Positions 9,175-19,582 are shown, numbered from the stretch's first letter. The stretch: 64,000 bases of DNA from Minisyncoccota bacterium (GCA_041657385.1 JBBABZ010000003.1:8820-72819), one strand, 5' to 3'. The notes: a model not told the origin generated them from the letters alone. Made by a program: numbers and translations.

Positions 9175-11037
9175 ATGAAGGAAGAGATCAATTTTTTCGC
9201 TCAAACTAATTTTCGCAATCAGCTCAAAAAATTTGGCATCAAAACCGACGATCGCCGCCGGCATTTTTATGTAGTGGGAAAGACCGGCATGGGCAAGACA
9301 GAGATGATCAAGAATATGGCCATCCAGGATATCAGGAACGGCAAAGGCGTCGGCTTTGTGGACCCTCACGGAGAAGCTTCAATGGAGCTTTTGGAATTTG
9401 TCCCGAAAGAACGCATCAAAGATGTTATTTATTTCAACCCATCCGACTTGGACTGGCCGATATCTTTTAATATTATGGAAAATGTCTCTCTTGAATACCG
9501 CCATTTAGTGGCTGGCGGGCTGATGGGCGTTTTCAAAAAAATATGGCCTGATGTTTGGTCAGCCAGAATGGAATATATTTTAAACAATGCCATTTTAGCC
9601 TTGCTGGAAATTCCTGGATCAACTTTGCTTTCCATTAACCGGCTTTTTTCCGATGTTGATTGGAGGCAGGAAGTGGTGGCCCAGTTGAAAGATTCGGTCG
9701 TTAAGGCTTTTTGGGTTAAAGAATTTGCCCGCTATACCCAGAAATATGAGATCGAAGCGACAGCTGCCATCCAGAATAAGATCGGCCAATTCGTTTCCGC
9801 TCCGCTGATCAGGAATATTATCGGCCAGCCTAATTCCACGATCGATATGCGTAAAATAATGGACGAGAAAAAGATCTTGATATTAAACCTTTCCAAAGGA
9901 TTGGTGGGAGAGGACAATTCAAGGCTTTTAGGCGCCCTTTTGATCACTAAATTACAATTGGCCGCAATGTCGCGCGTGGACATACCCGAAGAGCAAAGAA
10001 ATGATTTTTATCTTTATGTCGACGAGTTTCAAAATTTTGCCACGGATTCTTTCGTCAATGTTTTGTCCGAAGCCCGCAAATACCGTTTGGCTTTAATTTT
10101 AGCCAACCAATACATCGCCCAGCTTACAGAATCCAATAGCGGCGGCCATAACACAAAGGTTAGGGACGCGGTTTTCGGCAATGTGGGAACAATGATCCTT
10201 TTCAGAGTAGGAGCCGAAGATGCAGAATTTTTAGAAAGGGAGTTTTCTCCAGAGTTCGAAGCGCCAGACCTGGTCAATCTTTCCAAATACAATATTTATG
10301 CGAAGCTTATGATAAACGGCGCTTCTTCCCGGCCTTTTTCCGCTCAAACTTTAATGCCCGAACCGCGGCCCGCCCAGTCTTTTAAAAATGAGATCATCGA
10401 TTTTTCCCGTAAAAATTACAGCAATGCGAAACGAACAGTTGAAGAAAGTATTGCCAATGTGGCTGAAACTTCAATTGACAGCAAGGGGCAAATCCAGCAA
10501 AAAGGACCGGTTGAAATTTTTGAAGATATTTGCCAGATTTGCGGCAAGAAGACCAGGATCACTTTCCGTCCAGACGGCAAAAGGCCGGTTTTTTGCCCCG
10601 CCTGTTTTAAAAGAATTGGAAAAGAGCGGCTAGAGGCGCAATTGACCAGCCAGAAAAGAACTTTTAACGGTTTGGCGGGAATGTCTTTGGCCGAAGCTAT
10701 GCAAGAAGAGCCAGTTTCTTTCAGTGGAAAGAAAAAAGAAGAAGACAGCGAAACAAGAGGAGAGGATAAACCCAAAAAAAAGAAAAAAGAAGTCCGGCTT
10801 GACGATTTGCGTTCGGTTTTAAAAGGGATCTCGGATAGAAACAAGGAAAAAGAGGAGGCCTCCCCTGATGAGGTTTTTCCAGGAGATAAGGCCGAAGAAG
10901 AGGGAGAGTTGGGTTTGGGAAGCTTGGAGCCCGAGAAAAAAGAAAATGGCGGAACAAGCATCCAAACAAACGATGGCCAGCCCGCGAAAAGCAAGATCGA
11001 GAAGATAGATCCGGGGCAAGTGGTCAAATTTAACTAA
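9175..11037 (+). CDS. VirD4/TraG/HerA-like P-loop ATPase with CxxC-x17-CxxC zinc ribbon and low-complexity tail
   Basis: GKTGMGKT Walker A, DPHG, YVDEFQNF, EARKY; CQIC...CPAC. Confidence 0.88.
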   Translation: MKEEINFFAQTNFRNQLKKFGIKTDDRRRHFYVVGKTGMGKTEMIKNMAIQDIRNGKGVGFVDPHGEASMELLEFVPKERIKDVIYFNPSDLDWPISFNIMENVSLEYRHLVAGGLMGVFKKIWPDVWSARMEYILNNAILALLEIPGSTLLSINRLFSDVDWRQEVVAQLKDSVVKAFWVKEFARYTQKYEIEATAAIQNKIGQFVSAPLIRNIIGQPNSTIDMRKIMDEKKILILNLSKGLVGEDNSRLLGALLITKLQLAAMSRVDIPEEQRNDFYLYVDEFQNFATDSFVNVLSEARKYRLALILANQYIAQLTESNSGGHNTKVRDAVFGNVGTMILFRVGAEDAEFLEREFSPEFEAPDLVNLSKYNIYAKLMINGASSRPFSAQTLMPEPRPAQSFKNEIIDFSRKNYSNAKRTVEESIANVAETSIDSKGQIQQKGPVEIFEDICQICGKKTRITFRPDGKRPVFCPACFKRIGKERLEAQLTSQKRTFNGLAGMSLAEAMQEEPVSFSGKKKEEDSETRGEDKPKKKKKEVRLDDLRSVLKGISDRNKEKEEASPDEVFPGDKAEEEGELGLGSLEPEKKENGGTSIQTNDGQPAKSKIEKIDPGQVVKFN

Positions 11038-11054
11038 TTTAACAAATTAAAAAT

Positions 11055-12221
11055 ATGCGTACACTCAAACAAACAGATGTCCGAGATCAAAAAGTTTTAG
11101 TGCGTTGCGATTTCAATGTGCCTTTGGATGGAAGCGGCCAAATTTCTGATAATTTCAGGATATTAAAGACTCTGCCCACGATAAAATATTTAATTGAAAA
11201 AAATGCCAAGATAATTTTGATCAGCCACCTCGGATCGCCAAAAGGAAAGGATCCGAAATGCAGCTTGAGGCCGATAGCAGCGGAGCTTTCCAACCTCTTG
11301 GGGCAGGAAGTGAAATTTTTGAATGACTGCGCGGGCTCGGAAGTCGAAAAAGCCGTTAAAGAGATGGAAAAGAGGCAGGTTATTCTTTTGGAAAACTTGA
11401 GATTTTATAAAGAAGAAGAAAAAAACGATCCGCAATTTGCCAAAAAATTAGCCGGATTGGCGGATGTTTTCATCCAGGACGGTTTCGGCGTTTGCCACAG
11501 GGCGCACGCTTCAGTTACGGGAGTCGCCGCTCTTTTGCCTTCAGCCGCGGGGATGCTGCTTGAAAGAGAAGTGGAAGTTTTAAATAAGATCTTGGAAGAT
11601 CCTTACCGGCCTTTGGTGGCGATCATCGGCGGAGCAAAAATTTCTACAAAAATAAGAGTCATCAAAAAATTATTAGACAAGGCCGATCATCTGCTGGTGG
11701 GAGGGAAGATCGCCAACGCTATTCTGGCCATCAAAGGCATTTGCGTCAGAGAGCCGCTGCCCCAGGAGGCGGAGGAAGTTTTGAAAGACGTGGAGGCTAT
11801 GGATTTGACCGATCCTAAGTTGCATTTGCCGATTGACGGAGCGATGTCTTTAGCCAATTTGGATGAAAAGTATTTGAGGATCGGAGCGGTTGGAACGGTG
11901 CGCAAAGAAGAGGAGATTTTTGATGTGGGGCCGGAAACGATCGCTAATTTTAAGAATATTATCGCTTCCGCTAAAATGATCATTTGGAACGGGCCCCTGG
12001 GCTATTCCGAAATAAGGCCTTTTGAAAAATCCAGTTTGGAAATCGCCAAAGCCATCAAGCAAAGCTCTGCTTTTTCAGTGATCGGCGGAGGGGAAACCGT
12101 GGAATTCGTCACTAAGATCGGAATGCTTGATGATTTCGATCATGTTTCCACAGGCGGCGGCGCGATGCTTGATTTTCTTGCCGGAAAAATATTGCCGGGC
12201 CTTGAAGTTTTAAAAAATTAA
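11055..12221 (+). CDS. pgk: Phosphoglycerate kinase
   Basis: VRCDFNVP, LLENLRF, HRAHAS, WNGPLG, STGGGA. Confidence 0.98.
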   Translation: MRTLKQTDVRDQKVLVRCDFNVPLDGSGQISDNFRILKTLPTIKYLIEKNAKIILISHLGSPKGKDPKCSLRPIAAELSNLLGQEVKFLNDCAGSEVEKAVKEMEKRQVILLENLRFYKEEEKNDPQFAKKLAGLADVFIQDGFGVCHRAHASVTGVAALLPSAAGMLLEREVEVLNKILEDPYRPLVAIIGGAKISTKIRVIKKLLDKADHLLVGGKIANAILAIKGICVREPLPQEAEEVLKDVEAMDLTDPKLHLPIDGAMSLANLDEKYLRIGAVGTVRKEEEIFDVGPETIANFKNIIASAKMIIWNGPLGYSEIRPFEKSSLEIAKAIKQSSAFSVIGGGETVEFVTKIGMLDDFDHVSTGGGAMLDFLAGKILPGLEVLKN

Positions 12222-12311
12222 AAAATTTTGAATGGCGATCCAAAAAATCATTAATTTTATATAATTTTGAAAAACGGCTGGTGCTATTCCGGCCGTTTCC
12301 AATTAGAAAGT

Positions 12312-13559
12312 ATGGCTCTGGAAAAAATCAAAAATCTTGAAAAAGCCGCCAAGCGGATAAAAGAAGCCGTCAAAGATCAGGAGCAGATCATTATTTACGC
12401 TGATTCCGATATGGACGGCGTGAGTTCGGCTATTATTTTGAAAGAATCGATAAACAACATCGCTTATTCCGTTTTAAAAGAAGGCCAGTCTCTCCCTCCT
12501 ATCCAGTTTTATCATCCTGATCGCAAAACTGAAGGGTATGGCCTTAATCGAACCGCATTGGAATTTTTAAGTGAAAAATTTTCCACTCCCTTTAAAGAGG
12601 GAGCAAAAAAGAAGGTTAAAAAAGCCAAGCTTGGACTTTTGATAACTTTGGACTGCGGCATTACCAATTTTGAAGAAGTTGAGATGGCCAGATCTTTAGG
12701 TTTTTTTGTCTTGCTGATAGACCATCATCAAGTCCTGGATAAAATGCCTAAGGCCGATATCGTCGTTGACCCGAACCAAGAAGGGGATAAAACTTTTAAA
12801 AGTTTTGCCAATGCCGGATTAACTTTCCAGCTGGCCAAGGAACTTTTGGGCGAGTCTATGTCGCAAGGTTTGCGTTCAAGCTTTTTAGAGCTGGCGGCCT
12901 TGGCAACCATTGCGGATATGATGCCGGAAGTGGAAGAAAATAGCGATATCATCATGGAAGGATTGTCCAGCATTCAAAATTCCCACCGGCCGGGCATCAA
13001 AGTTTTTTTTGAAATTTTTAATTTAAAAGATTTTGTTTCCAAAAGAGATCTGATCTCAAAAATGGTTTCCGTTTTAAATGTCGCTTCGGTCAGGCCGGAT
13101 CATCAGCACGATTGCTATTTGCTTTTAACGACCGGCAATTACGATCTGGCCAAATTGACGGTCCAATCTCTTTTGGAAAAAAGCGGCCGCCGCCATGAAG
13201 AATTAAAAGGCCTGGAAGAAGAAGTAAGATATATCGTCAACAGCAAGAACGGGTCGCCGGTCATTTTTGAAGGTTCCAAAAATTGGGATATTGAATTGCT
13301 CGGAGCCGTGGCTTCCCGCATTGTCCGCGAGTTTCAAAAACCAACTTTTATTTATACAATGAAAGAAGGATCAAGCCGGGGGTCGGTCAGAGCGCCGAAA
13401 GGCATGGATGTGGTTAAAGCTATGGCGGACAGCGCCGATTTATTGGAGATGTTCGGCGGGCATCCTCCGGCCGCGGGATTTACAGTTAAAAATGAGAATT
13501 TAGAAAAATTCAGAGATAAGCTGATCGAATATTTCAGCCGTCATAAAGCGCAAAATTGA
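12312..13559 (+). CDS. recJ: RecJ-like DHH/DHHA1 ssDNA exonuclease
   Basis: DSDMDG, TLDCG, DHH, TIADMM, GSVR, GGHPPAAG. Confidence 0.88.
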   Translation: MALEKIKNLEKAAKRIKEAVKDQEQIIIYADSDMDGVSSAIILKESINNIAYSVLKEGQSLPPIQFYHPDRKTEGYGLNRTALEFLSEKFSTPFKEGAKKKVKKAKLGLLITLDCGITNFEEVEMARSLGFFVLLIDHHQVLDKMPKADIVVDPNQEGDKTFKSFANAGLTFQLAKELLGESMSQGLRSSFLELAALATIADMMPEVEENSDIIMEGLSSIQNSHRPGIKVFFEIFNLKDFVSKRDLISKMVSVLNVASVRPDHQHDCYLLLTTGNYDLAKLTVQSLLEKSGRRHEELKGLEEEVRYIVNSKNGSPVIFEGSKNWDIELLGAVASRIVREFQKPTFIYTMKEGSSRGSVRAPKGMDVVKAMADSADLLEMFGGHPPAAGFTVKNENLEKFRDKLIEYFSRHKAQN

Positions 13560-13648
13560 AATAGCGGTTCAAGCATCGTCCAGATCGTTATTTATTTATA
13601 AATTTTTTTTGTGATATATCTAATTCAATAATTATTAACAATTTATTT

Positions 13649-14674
13649 ATGAATTTATCCCAGCTTTTTAAGTCTCGTTTTTTTTCATCCATTGGGAAAA
13701 AACTGAAAAAAATCAAACAAAAAGGCCTCAGGGCCTTCACCCTCATTGAGCTTCTGATCGTCATCGCCATCGTTGCCATTCTCGCCGCGGTTATCATTGT
13801 CGGAACCAGCAGCGCCCAAGCCTCTGCCCGCGATGCCGGCCGTTTAAGCGATCTGTCTCAAACCAAGAAAAGCCTGCAAGCCTACTATCTGGCCTATAAC
13901 AGCTATCCAACCACCAGCGAAGACGGTATCTCGCTGGAAGAGAACGCTACCTTCACCCAAACAATGAAAAACAGCGGATATATGTCCACCGTCCCCAGGG
14001 ATCCGAAATACACCGCTTCCGCCGGAGAATATACCTACAAATATATCTCCACCGCTTCCGATGCCTTCACCCTTTGCGCCAAGTCCGAGGCCAAGAGCGG
14101 CAATTACTTCTGCGCCACCCAAGACAGCGGCGAGGTCAGCCAGACCTCCAGCGCCCCAGTGTTCGGTGTCTGGGGAGGCGGGGGGACTATAACAGTTTTT
14201 AAATCACCAACAGCAACAGGAGACGATTATAATGATTGGTTATTCCCCACTAACGCATATTTTAGCGATGATTTGTATGCCGAGATGACTAGCGCTTTAC
14301 CGGAGGATCAACCGGAGTATCAAGATTATTATAATTTTTCATTCAATATTCCTTCTGGTGCCTCTATCAATGGCGTTGAGATCTCTATTGAGGCGAGAAA
14401 GTATTTCATCCCAGAAACAGATTCTTTTATTTATATTGAATTATCATACGATGGCGGAATAAATTATACTAGTACTGGAAAATGGAAAAGGTTTGGTGAA
14501 TCAGAGGAAATAAAAATCTATGGAAGTCCAACTGATATATGGGGAAGGACCTGGTCGGATAGTGAATTCTCTAACAGCAATTTTAGGGTAAGAATTTCAC
14601 ATGACAGAACCCTTGATGCTTCTTCGCCTGCGTTAGACCATGTTCAAGCTAAAGTTTATTATACGTCGCCTTAA
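13649..14674 (+). CDS. Type IV pilin/pseudopilin with an added C-terminal beta-rich surface domain
   Basis: AFTLIELLIVIAIVAILAA N-methylation motif, ARDAGRLSDL, PRDP, Cys pair, GGGG linker. Confidence 0.88.
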   Translation: MNLSQLFKSRFFSSIGKKLKKIKQKGLRAFTLIELLIVIAIVAILAAVIIVGTSSAQASARDAGRLSDLSQTKKSLQAYYLAYNSYPTTSEDGISLEENATFTQTMKNSGYMSTVPRDPKYTASAGEYTYKYISTASDAFTLCAKSEAKSGNYFCATQDSGEVSQTSSAPVFGVWGGGGTITVFKSPTATGDDYNDWLFPTNAYFSDDLYAEMTSALPEDQPEYQDYYNFSFNIPSGASINGVEISIEARKYFIPETDSFIYIELSYDGGINYTSTGKWKRFGESEEIKIYGSPTDIWGRTWSDSEFSNSNFRVRISHDRTLDASSPALDHVQAKVYYTSP

Positions 14675-14796
14675 TTGCTAGAATACAGATAACGGTGTCA
14701 TATGCATAAGGTTTATGAAGCTATGGAATGGCTTCCGTAAAAAATCTCTCTTCCCAGCAAGTTTGTATTCTTATAATAATCAATTATAATAAAGAC

Positions 14797-15204
14797 ATGG
14801 AAAGAGCCAAAAAATTAAAAACGAAAGAAAAAAAAGAAATTGATATCGGAGATCAGATCAGGGGTCTTGGCGTGGTAATTGAGCATATTGATAGCAAAGT
14901 TTCGCTTGTCGCGGAACAATACGGGGATATTAAGAAAACATTAGACAGCCATACCAAGATATTAGATCGCCACACTGAAATATTAGATAATCATACACAA
15001 ATATTGGATCGTCATACTAAGATATTGGATCGCCACGCTGATATCTTAGATAGCCACACCGAAATGGTCGGTTCTATGAAAGTGGATATTGAAGTGATCA
15101 AAGCAGATATCACATTCATTAAAGGAGGCCTTAAAAAGAAAGTTGATGCCGATGAATTTTCAGCTCTTGAAAAGCGGGTTGCTTTGCTTGAGAAGCGCCG
15201 GTAA
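14797..15204 (+). CDS. Coiled-coil protein with His-containing heptad repeats
   Basis: Six LDxHxxI/M heptads; C-terminal LEKRVALLE. Confidence 0.75.
   Translation: MERAKKLKTKEKKEIDIGDQIRGLGVVIEHIDSKVSLVAEQYGDIKKTLDSHTKILDRHTEILDNHTQILDRHTKILDRHADILDSHTEMVGSMKVDIEVIKADITFIKGGLKKKVDADEFSALEKRVALLEKRR
14941..15066 (+). repeat. 6 x 21-bp degenerate tandem repeat (coding)
   Basis: Units of the form TT(A/G)GA(T/C)nnnCA(T/C)...AT. Confidence 0.85.
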
Positions 15205-15250
15205 AAATAGTTTTGTAAAAATAATTAGGCCAGCCGCTATTTTCAGATCC

Positions 15251-15302
15251 GCAGAGATCAGATCTCTGCAAATTTTACCAGAGGTCTAACCTCTGGTAAA
15301 AT
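15251..15302. repeat. Two adjacent REP-like palindromes
   Basis: GCAGAGATC-A-GATCTCTGC and ATTTTACCAGAGGT-CTA-ACCTCTGGTAAAAT. Confidence 0.75.
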
Positions 15303-15311
15303 ATTTTAAAT

Positions 15312-17204
15312 ATGAATTCAAAAGAGATCAGGGGAAAATTTTTAAGGCATTTGGAAAAACAGGGCTGTAAAATAGTGCCGTCCAGTTCTCTTGTGCCGGA
15401 AAATGACCCGACAACTTTATTCACCAGCGCCGGCATGCAGCAGATGGTCCCTTATTTATTGGGCGAAAAGCATCCGCTCGGCACGCGCATTGCCAATTGC
15501 CAAAAATGTTTTCGAGCCAAGGACATCGAAGAGGTCGGCGATCTGCGCCATAATACTTTTTTTGAAATGCTGGGAGACTGGTCTCTCAATGATTTTTTTA
15601 AACAAGAACAATTAACTTGGATCTTTGAATTTTTAACAAAGGAGACCGGACTTGATCCGAAACGTCTTTTTGTGACGGCTTTTCGCGGCAGTCCGGAAAA
15701 CAATATTCCTAAAGACACGGAAACAGCCGATATTTGGAAAAGTCTTTTTAAAAGCGCGGGAGTGGAAGCCAAAGACGCCGATCTTTCCGAAAAGAACGGA
15801 ATGAAAGAAGAGGAAAGGATCTTTTATTACGATGAAAACAAAAATTGGTGGTCCAGATCCGGCAACCCGGAAAATATGCCCATCGGCGAATTAGGCGGGC
15901 CGGACTCGGAAATGTTTTGGGATTTTGGTGCGGAATTAAAATTGCACGAAAATTCCTTATGGAAAGATCAGCCTTGCCATGTCAATTGCGATTGCGGCCG
16001 GTTTTTTGAAATAGGGAATAATGTTTTTATGCAATATGTCAAAGAAAAAGACGGCATCAAGCTTTTTTCAAAAAAGAATGTTGATTTTGGCGGAGGACTG
16101 GAACGCATTGTTGCCGCATCCATAGACAGTCCGGATGTTTTCAGAACTGATCTGTTTTTGCCCATCATTAATCAAGTGGAAAAAATGTCTGGGAAAAAAT
16201 ATAACAGTTCTGACAGCGAAGACGATAAAGCTTTTCGCGTTATCGCCGATCACGCCAGAGCAGCGGTCCTTTTGGTATCTGACGGAGTATTTCCTTCTAA
16301 TAAAGAACGCGGCTATTTTACCCGCAGAGTTATCCGCCGGGCGCTGGTAAAAGCCCAGAAACTTGGCATAAACGAAAATTTTATGGCGCCGATAGCGGAA
16401 ATTGTTTATGAGATTTTCGAAGGCGTCTACGCTTTCCCGAAAGAAAAAGTGGCGGAAGAGCTTGAAAAAGAAGAAACTAAATTTAGAAAAACATTAGTTG
16501 AAGGATTGAAAAAATTCAATGAGCTTGCCTTAAGCGAAAAGGCAAAAGATGGTAATATGGAAGCCAGCCAGCCTAAAAAAACTTTAAGAGGAGTTGAAGC
16601 TTTTTATCTCTACCAATCATTCGGATTTCCGAAGGAATTGATCCAAGAACTGGTTTTGGAAAATAATTTTGAATTTGATGAAAAAGGTTTTGACGAGGAA
16701 TCTTTAAAGCACCAAGAGCTTTCCCGCACCGCGAGCGCGGGAATGTTTAAAGGGGGATTGGCGGATGCCGGAGAGCAGACGACGCGTTTGCACACTGCCG
16801 CCCATTTAATGCTGGCGGCTTTGCGCCAAGTGCTTGGAGATCATGTGTCGCAGAAAGGATCAAACATTACAGCCGAAAGATTGCGTTTTGATGTCGCTCA
16901 TCCCCAAAAAATTACAGCTGAAGAATTGCAGAAAGTTGAAAACTTGGTCAATGAGCAGATAGCTAAAAATATTACAGTAGAAGAAAGCGAGATGGACTTG
17001 GAAGAAGCCAAAAAACAAAACGCCACGGGCGCGTTTGAAAATAAATACGGCAACAGAGTAAAGGTTTATACTATCGGCGATTTTTCCAAAGAGATTTGCG
17101 GCGGCCCCCATATCAAAAATACCGGCGAACTGGGAAATTTCAAGATAACCAAAGAAGAAAGTTCGAGCGCTGGAGTCAGAAGGATCAAAGCCGTTTTGAG
17201 TTAA
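15312..17204 (+). CDS. alaS: Alanine--tRNA ligase, short form without C-Ala domain
   Basis: DPTTLFTSAGM, HNTFFEMLG, HTAAH, EICGGPH, GVRRIKA at the C-terminus. Confidence 0.97.
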   Translation: MNSKEIRGKFLRHLEKQGCKIVPSSSLVPENDPTTLFTSAGMQQMVPYLLGEKHPLGTRIANCQKCFRAKDIEEVGDLRHNTFFEMLGDWSLNDFFKQEQLTWIFEFLTKETGLDPKRLFVTAFRGSPENNIPKDTETADIWKSLFKSAGVEAKDADLSEKNGMKEEERIFYYDENKNWWSRSGNPENMPIGELGGPDSEMFWDFGAELKLHENSLWKDQPCHVNCDCGRFFEIGNNVFMQYVKEKDGIKLFSKKNVDFGGGLERIVAASIDSPDVFRTDLFLPIINQVEKMSGKKYNSSDSEDDKAFRVIADHARAAVLLVSDGVFPSNKERGYFTRRVIRRALVKAQKLGINENFMAPIAEIVYEIFEGVYAFPKEKVAEELEKEETKFRKTLVEGLKKFNELALSEKAKDGNMEASQPKKTLRGVEAFYLYQSFGFPKELIQELVLENNFEFDEKGFDEESLKHQELSRTASAGMFKGGLADAGEQTTRLHTAAHLMLAALRQVLGDHVSQKGSNITAERLRFDVAHPQKITAEELQKVENLVNEQIAKNITVEESEMDLEEAKKQNATGAFENKYGNRVKVYTIGDFSKEICGGPHIKNTGELGNFKITKEESSSAGVRRIKAVLS

Positions 17205-17244
17205 ACTATATTTTTTAAAATTAGAAAAGTTAATTAAGATCCCT

Positions 17245-18543
17245 ATGGTTAAAAAAATCTTTGATATAATTCCGCCGGGCGCTTCTTTCAAAGATGAAGA
17301 ATCCCAGCAGCTAAAATTTTTTGCGAAAAAAAATGATCTCCGGCCCCAAATGAACAAGCCAAAAGAAAAGATCCCTTTTTCTTCGGCAAAATTATTAGTT
17401 CCGGCAGCTGTTTTGGCCTTGCTTTTCGGGGCGGCTTATTTTTTAATTGAAGCCGAGGCAAAAATTGAAATATGGCCGGAAGCTTCTTCGGCCAAAGCCC
17501 AAGATCAAGTTTTACTCAAAGCGGGAGTAGACGGCCAGCAAGTCGATCTTGAACAAAAGATCATTCCCGCTCTTTTGGTCCAGAATACCATGGAGAATAA
17601 GATGGCTTTTTCCGCTACCGGCCCGATAGAAAATAAGGCCAAGGCCGCAGGAACTTTGAGGGTCTATAACAAATACGAGCCGCCAGCGGCTTTTACGCTG
17701 GTTAAGGGTACCCGCTTTCTTTCTCCACAGGAAAAATATTTTAAATCATTGAGTGTGATCAACTTACCTGCTCCTACCTATAAAGACGGCAAATTGGTTC
17801 CCGGATTCGTAGATATATTAGTCGAAGCTGATCAATCAGGAGCTGACTATAATACAGAATCTTCCGCCACATTTTCTATTCCTAAATTGGTCGGAACGAA
17901 TTATTTCTATACAACTTGGGCTGAAAATTTAAAACCGCTTGCAGGAGGTTCGGATACAGGGGTCAAAACCGTTACAAAGGACGATTTAGATAAAGCCAAG
18001 AATCAATTTCTTGAGGAGTCTTTTAAAAAAGCCAAAACAGCTTTGGCTTCCAGCGTCCAAGCAGATTACGTTTTGCTTGAGAGCCTGCTGAATCAAGAAG
18101 TGAACGGAGACCTTGTTTTTTCAGCCAAAGAAAAGGATGCGCGCGATACCTTCGAAGTTTCCGGCAAGATTGCCTCTAAGGCTTTTGTTTTTAAACAAAG
18201 CGATGTGAACGCTTATACCGTGAATCTTCTTTCCAAGGTTGCCAATTCCTCCAAGGAAATTGTGCCTGGCAGTTTGAAGATCGATCCCGTCGGCAAATCG
18301 ATTGACTTTGGACAGCAAACAGCCCAGCTGGTCCTGTCGGTTAACGCAAAAACCTATATGCTGGATAAGGAGCAAAAGATCAAAGATCTTTTGAAAGGAC
18401 AAAAATTAGATTATGCCGCTTCTTTGATCAATAATTCTTCAGGCGTAGAAAAGGCGAATATAATTTTATCTCCTTTTTGGAAGAACAAGCTTCCGTCCGA
18501 TACAGGCAAGATACAAATCAAGCTTATTTTTGACGGGGAGTAG
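17245..18543 (+). CDS. Membrane-anchored baseplate J-like protein common in CPR
   Basis: IFDI.PP N-terminus, TM helix, KAAG.L.VYN, GTRF, VEAD..G..YN, P.W...LP. Confidence 0.65.
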   Translation: MVKKIFDIIPPGASFKDEESQQLKFFAKKNDLRPQMNKPKEKIPFSSAKLLVPAAVLALLFGAAYFLIEAEAKIEIWPEASSAKAQDQVLLKAGVDGQQVDLEQKIIPALLVQNTMENKMAFSATGPIENKAKAAGTLRVYNKYEPPAAFTLVKGTRFLSPQEKYFKSLSVINLPAPTYKDGKLVPGFVDILVEADQSGADYNTESSATFSIPKLVGTNYFYTTWAENLKPLAGGSDTGVKTVTKDDLDKAKNQFLEESFKKAKTALASSVQADYVLLESLLNQEVNGDLVFSAKEKDARDTFEVSGKIASKAFVFKQSDVNAYTVNLLSKVANSSKEIVPGSLKIDPVGKSIDFGQQTAQLVLSVNAKTYMLDKEQKIKDLLKGQKLDYAASLINNSSGVEKANIILSPFWKNKLPSDTGKIQIKLIFDGE

Positions 18544-18559
18544 GGATTGAAGGGGCTGT

Positions 18560-18660
18560 CCCCGTAAGATATTCTACTATCCAAGACAGGAGTAATTCCG
18601 TTATTTGTTCAGAGAACAGCGGTTCTACAAAATACCAGGAATCAAGAATCTCTAACGGGG
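18560..18660. repeat. ~100-bp MITE-like element with terminal inverted repeats
   Basis: CCCCGTAAGA at the left end and TCTAACGGGG at the right end. Confidence 0.6.
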
Positions 18661-18689
18661 TTGACCAAAATAATGATTTTTGTTACACT
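18661..18689 (+). promoter_or_regulatory. Promoter of the infA-rpsI cluster
   Basis: TTGACC-17 bp-TACACT. Confidence 0.6.
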
Positions 18690-18708
18690 AGCCTTGCTTT
18701 AAAAACTA

Positions 18709-18933
18709 ATGGAAAATAAAGAAGCAAAAATTAGAAAAGAAGGAGTGGTAGTGGAAAGCTTGCCAAATGCTTATTTTCGGGTATCATTAAACGACGACAG
18801 TTCAATTGTCCTTGCCCATTTGGCCGGAAAGTTGAGAATTAATCGAATTAAAATTTTGCCCGGAGATAAAGTTACAGTGGAACTAACCCCCTACGATAAA
18901 ACGCGGGGTAGAATAACTTACCGAGGAAGGTAA
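18709..18933 (+). CDS. infA: Translation initiation factor IF-1
   Basis: [33 protein letters not shown]. Confidence 0.98.
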   Translation: MENKEAKIRKEGVVVESLPNAYFRVSLNDDSSIVLAHLAGKLRINRIKILPGDKVTVELTPYDKTRGRITYRGR

Positions 18934-19006
18934 TTTAGGTTTCAATGGCAATGATTCAAAATTATCAAACAGATAATTTTGGATTGTCCATTGGGATTTT
19001 GATTTT

Positions 19007-19123
19007 GTGAAAGTACGACCATCAGTTAAAAAAATATGCAATGATTGCAAAATTGTCCGCCGCAAAGGATATGTTTATGTGATCTGTAAAAAAAATCCTA
19101 AGCACAAACAAAGACAGGGTTAA
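19007..19123 (+). CDS. rpmJ: 50S ribosomal protein L36 (absent from ORF track)
   Basis: GTG start; [38 protein letters not shown]. Confidence 0.98.
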   Translation: MKVRPSVKKICNDCKIVRRKGYVYVICKKNPKHKQRQG

Positions 19124-19148
19124 TTTTAATTTAAGATAAAATAAAAAA

Positions 19149-19538
19149 ATGGCACGTATTGCAGGAGTTAACCTCCCAGAAAATAAACAAATAGAGATCG
19201 CCTTAACTTATATCTACGGAATAGGACGTGTTTTAAGTAAAAGAATTTTAGCGGAAGCCAAAATTCCGTGCAACAAACTTGCTAAAGATTTGGATCAGCA
19301 AGAAGTGGCTATTTTGAAAGATATTGTCGAGAAAAGACACAAAGTCGAGGGAGAACTGAGAAGATCGTTGATGATGAGCATCAAAAGGCTGAAAGATATC
19401 GGCAGCTACAGAGGCTACCGCCATATTAAAGGATTAACTTGCAGAGGGCAGACTACCAGGATCAACAGCCGCACCGTCAGGGGAAATGTCCGAAAGACAG
19501 TTGGTTCCGGCAGAAAAACCGCTTTAGCTCCGACCTAA
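19149..19538 (+). CDS. rpsM: 30S ribosomal protein S13
   Basis: MARIAGVNLP, LTYIYGIG, YRGYRH..GL..RGQ. Confidence 0.99.
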   Translation: MARIAGVNLPENKQIEIALTYIYGIGRVLSKRILAEAKIPCNKLAKDLDQQEVAILKDIVEKRHKVEGELRRSLMMSIKRLKDIGSYRGYRHIKGLTCRGQTTRINSRTVRGNVRKTVGSGRKTALAPT

Positions 19539-19582
19539 TTTAAATTCCGTTTTTTGTTTAATTCCATTTATATTTAATTCCT

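Noticed and set aside
13649-14674. Diversity-generating retroelement target
   Set aside because: No reverse transcriptase or template/variable repeat pair is visible in the window.
14941-15066. Possible CRISPR array
   Set aside because: In-frame coding repeats without spacers, and no cas genes in the window.
17245-18543. Baseplate J-like gene as evidence of a prophage
   Set aside because: A single membrane-anchored gene among housekeeping genes, with no other phage genes.
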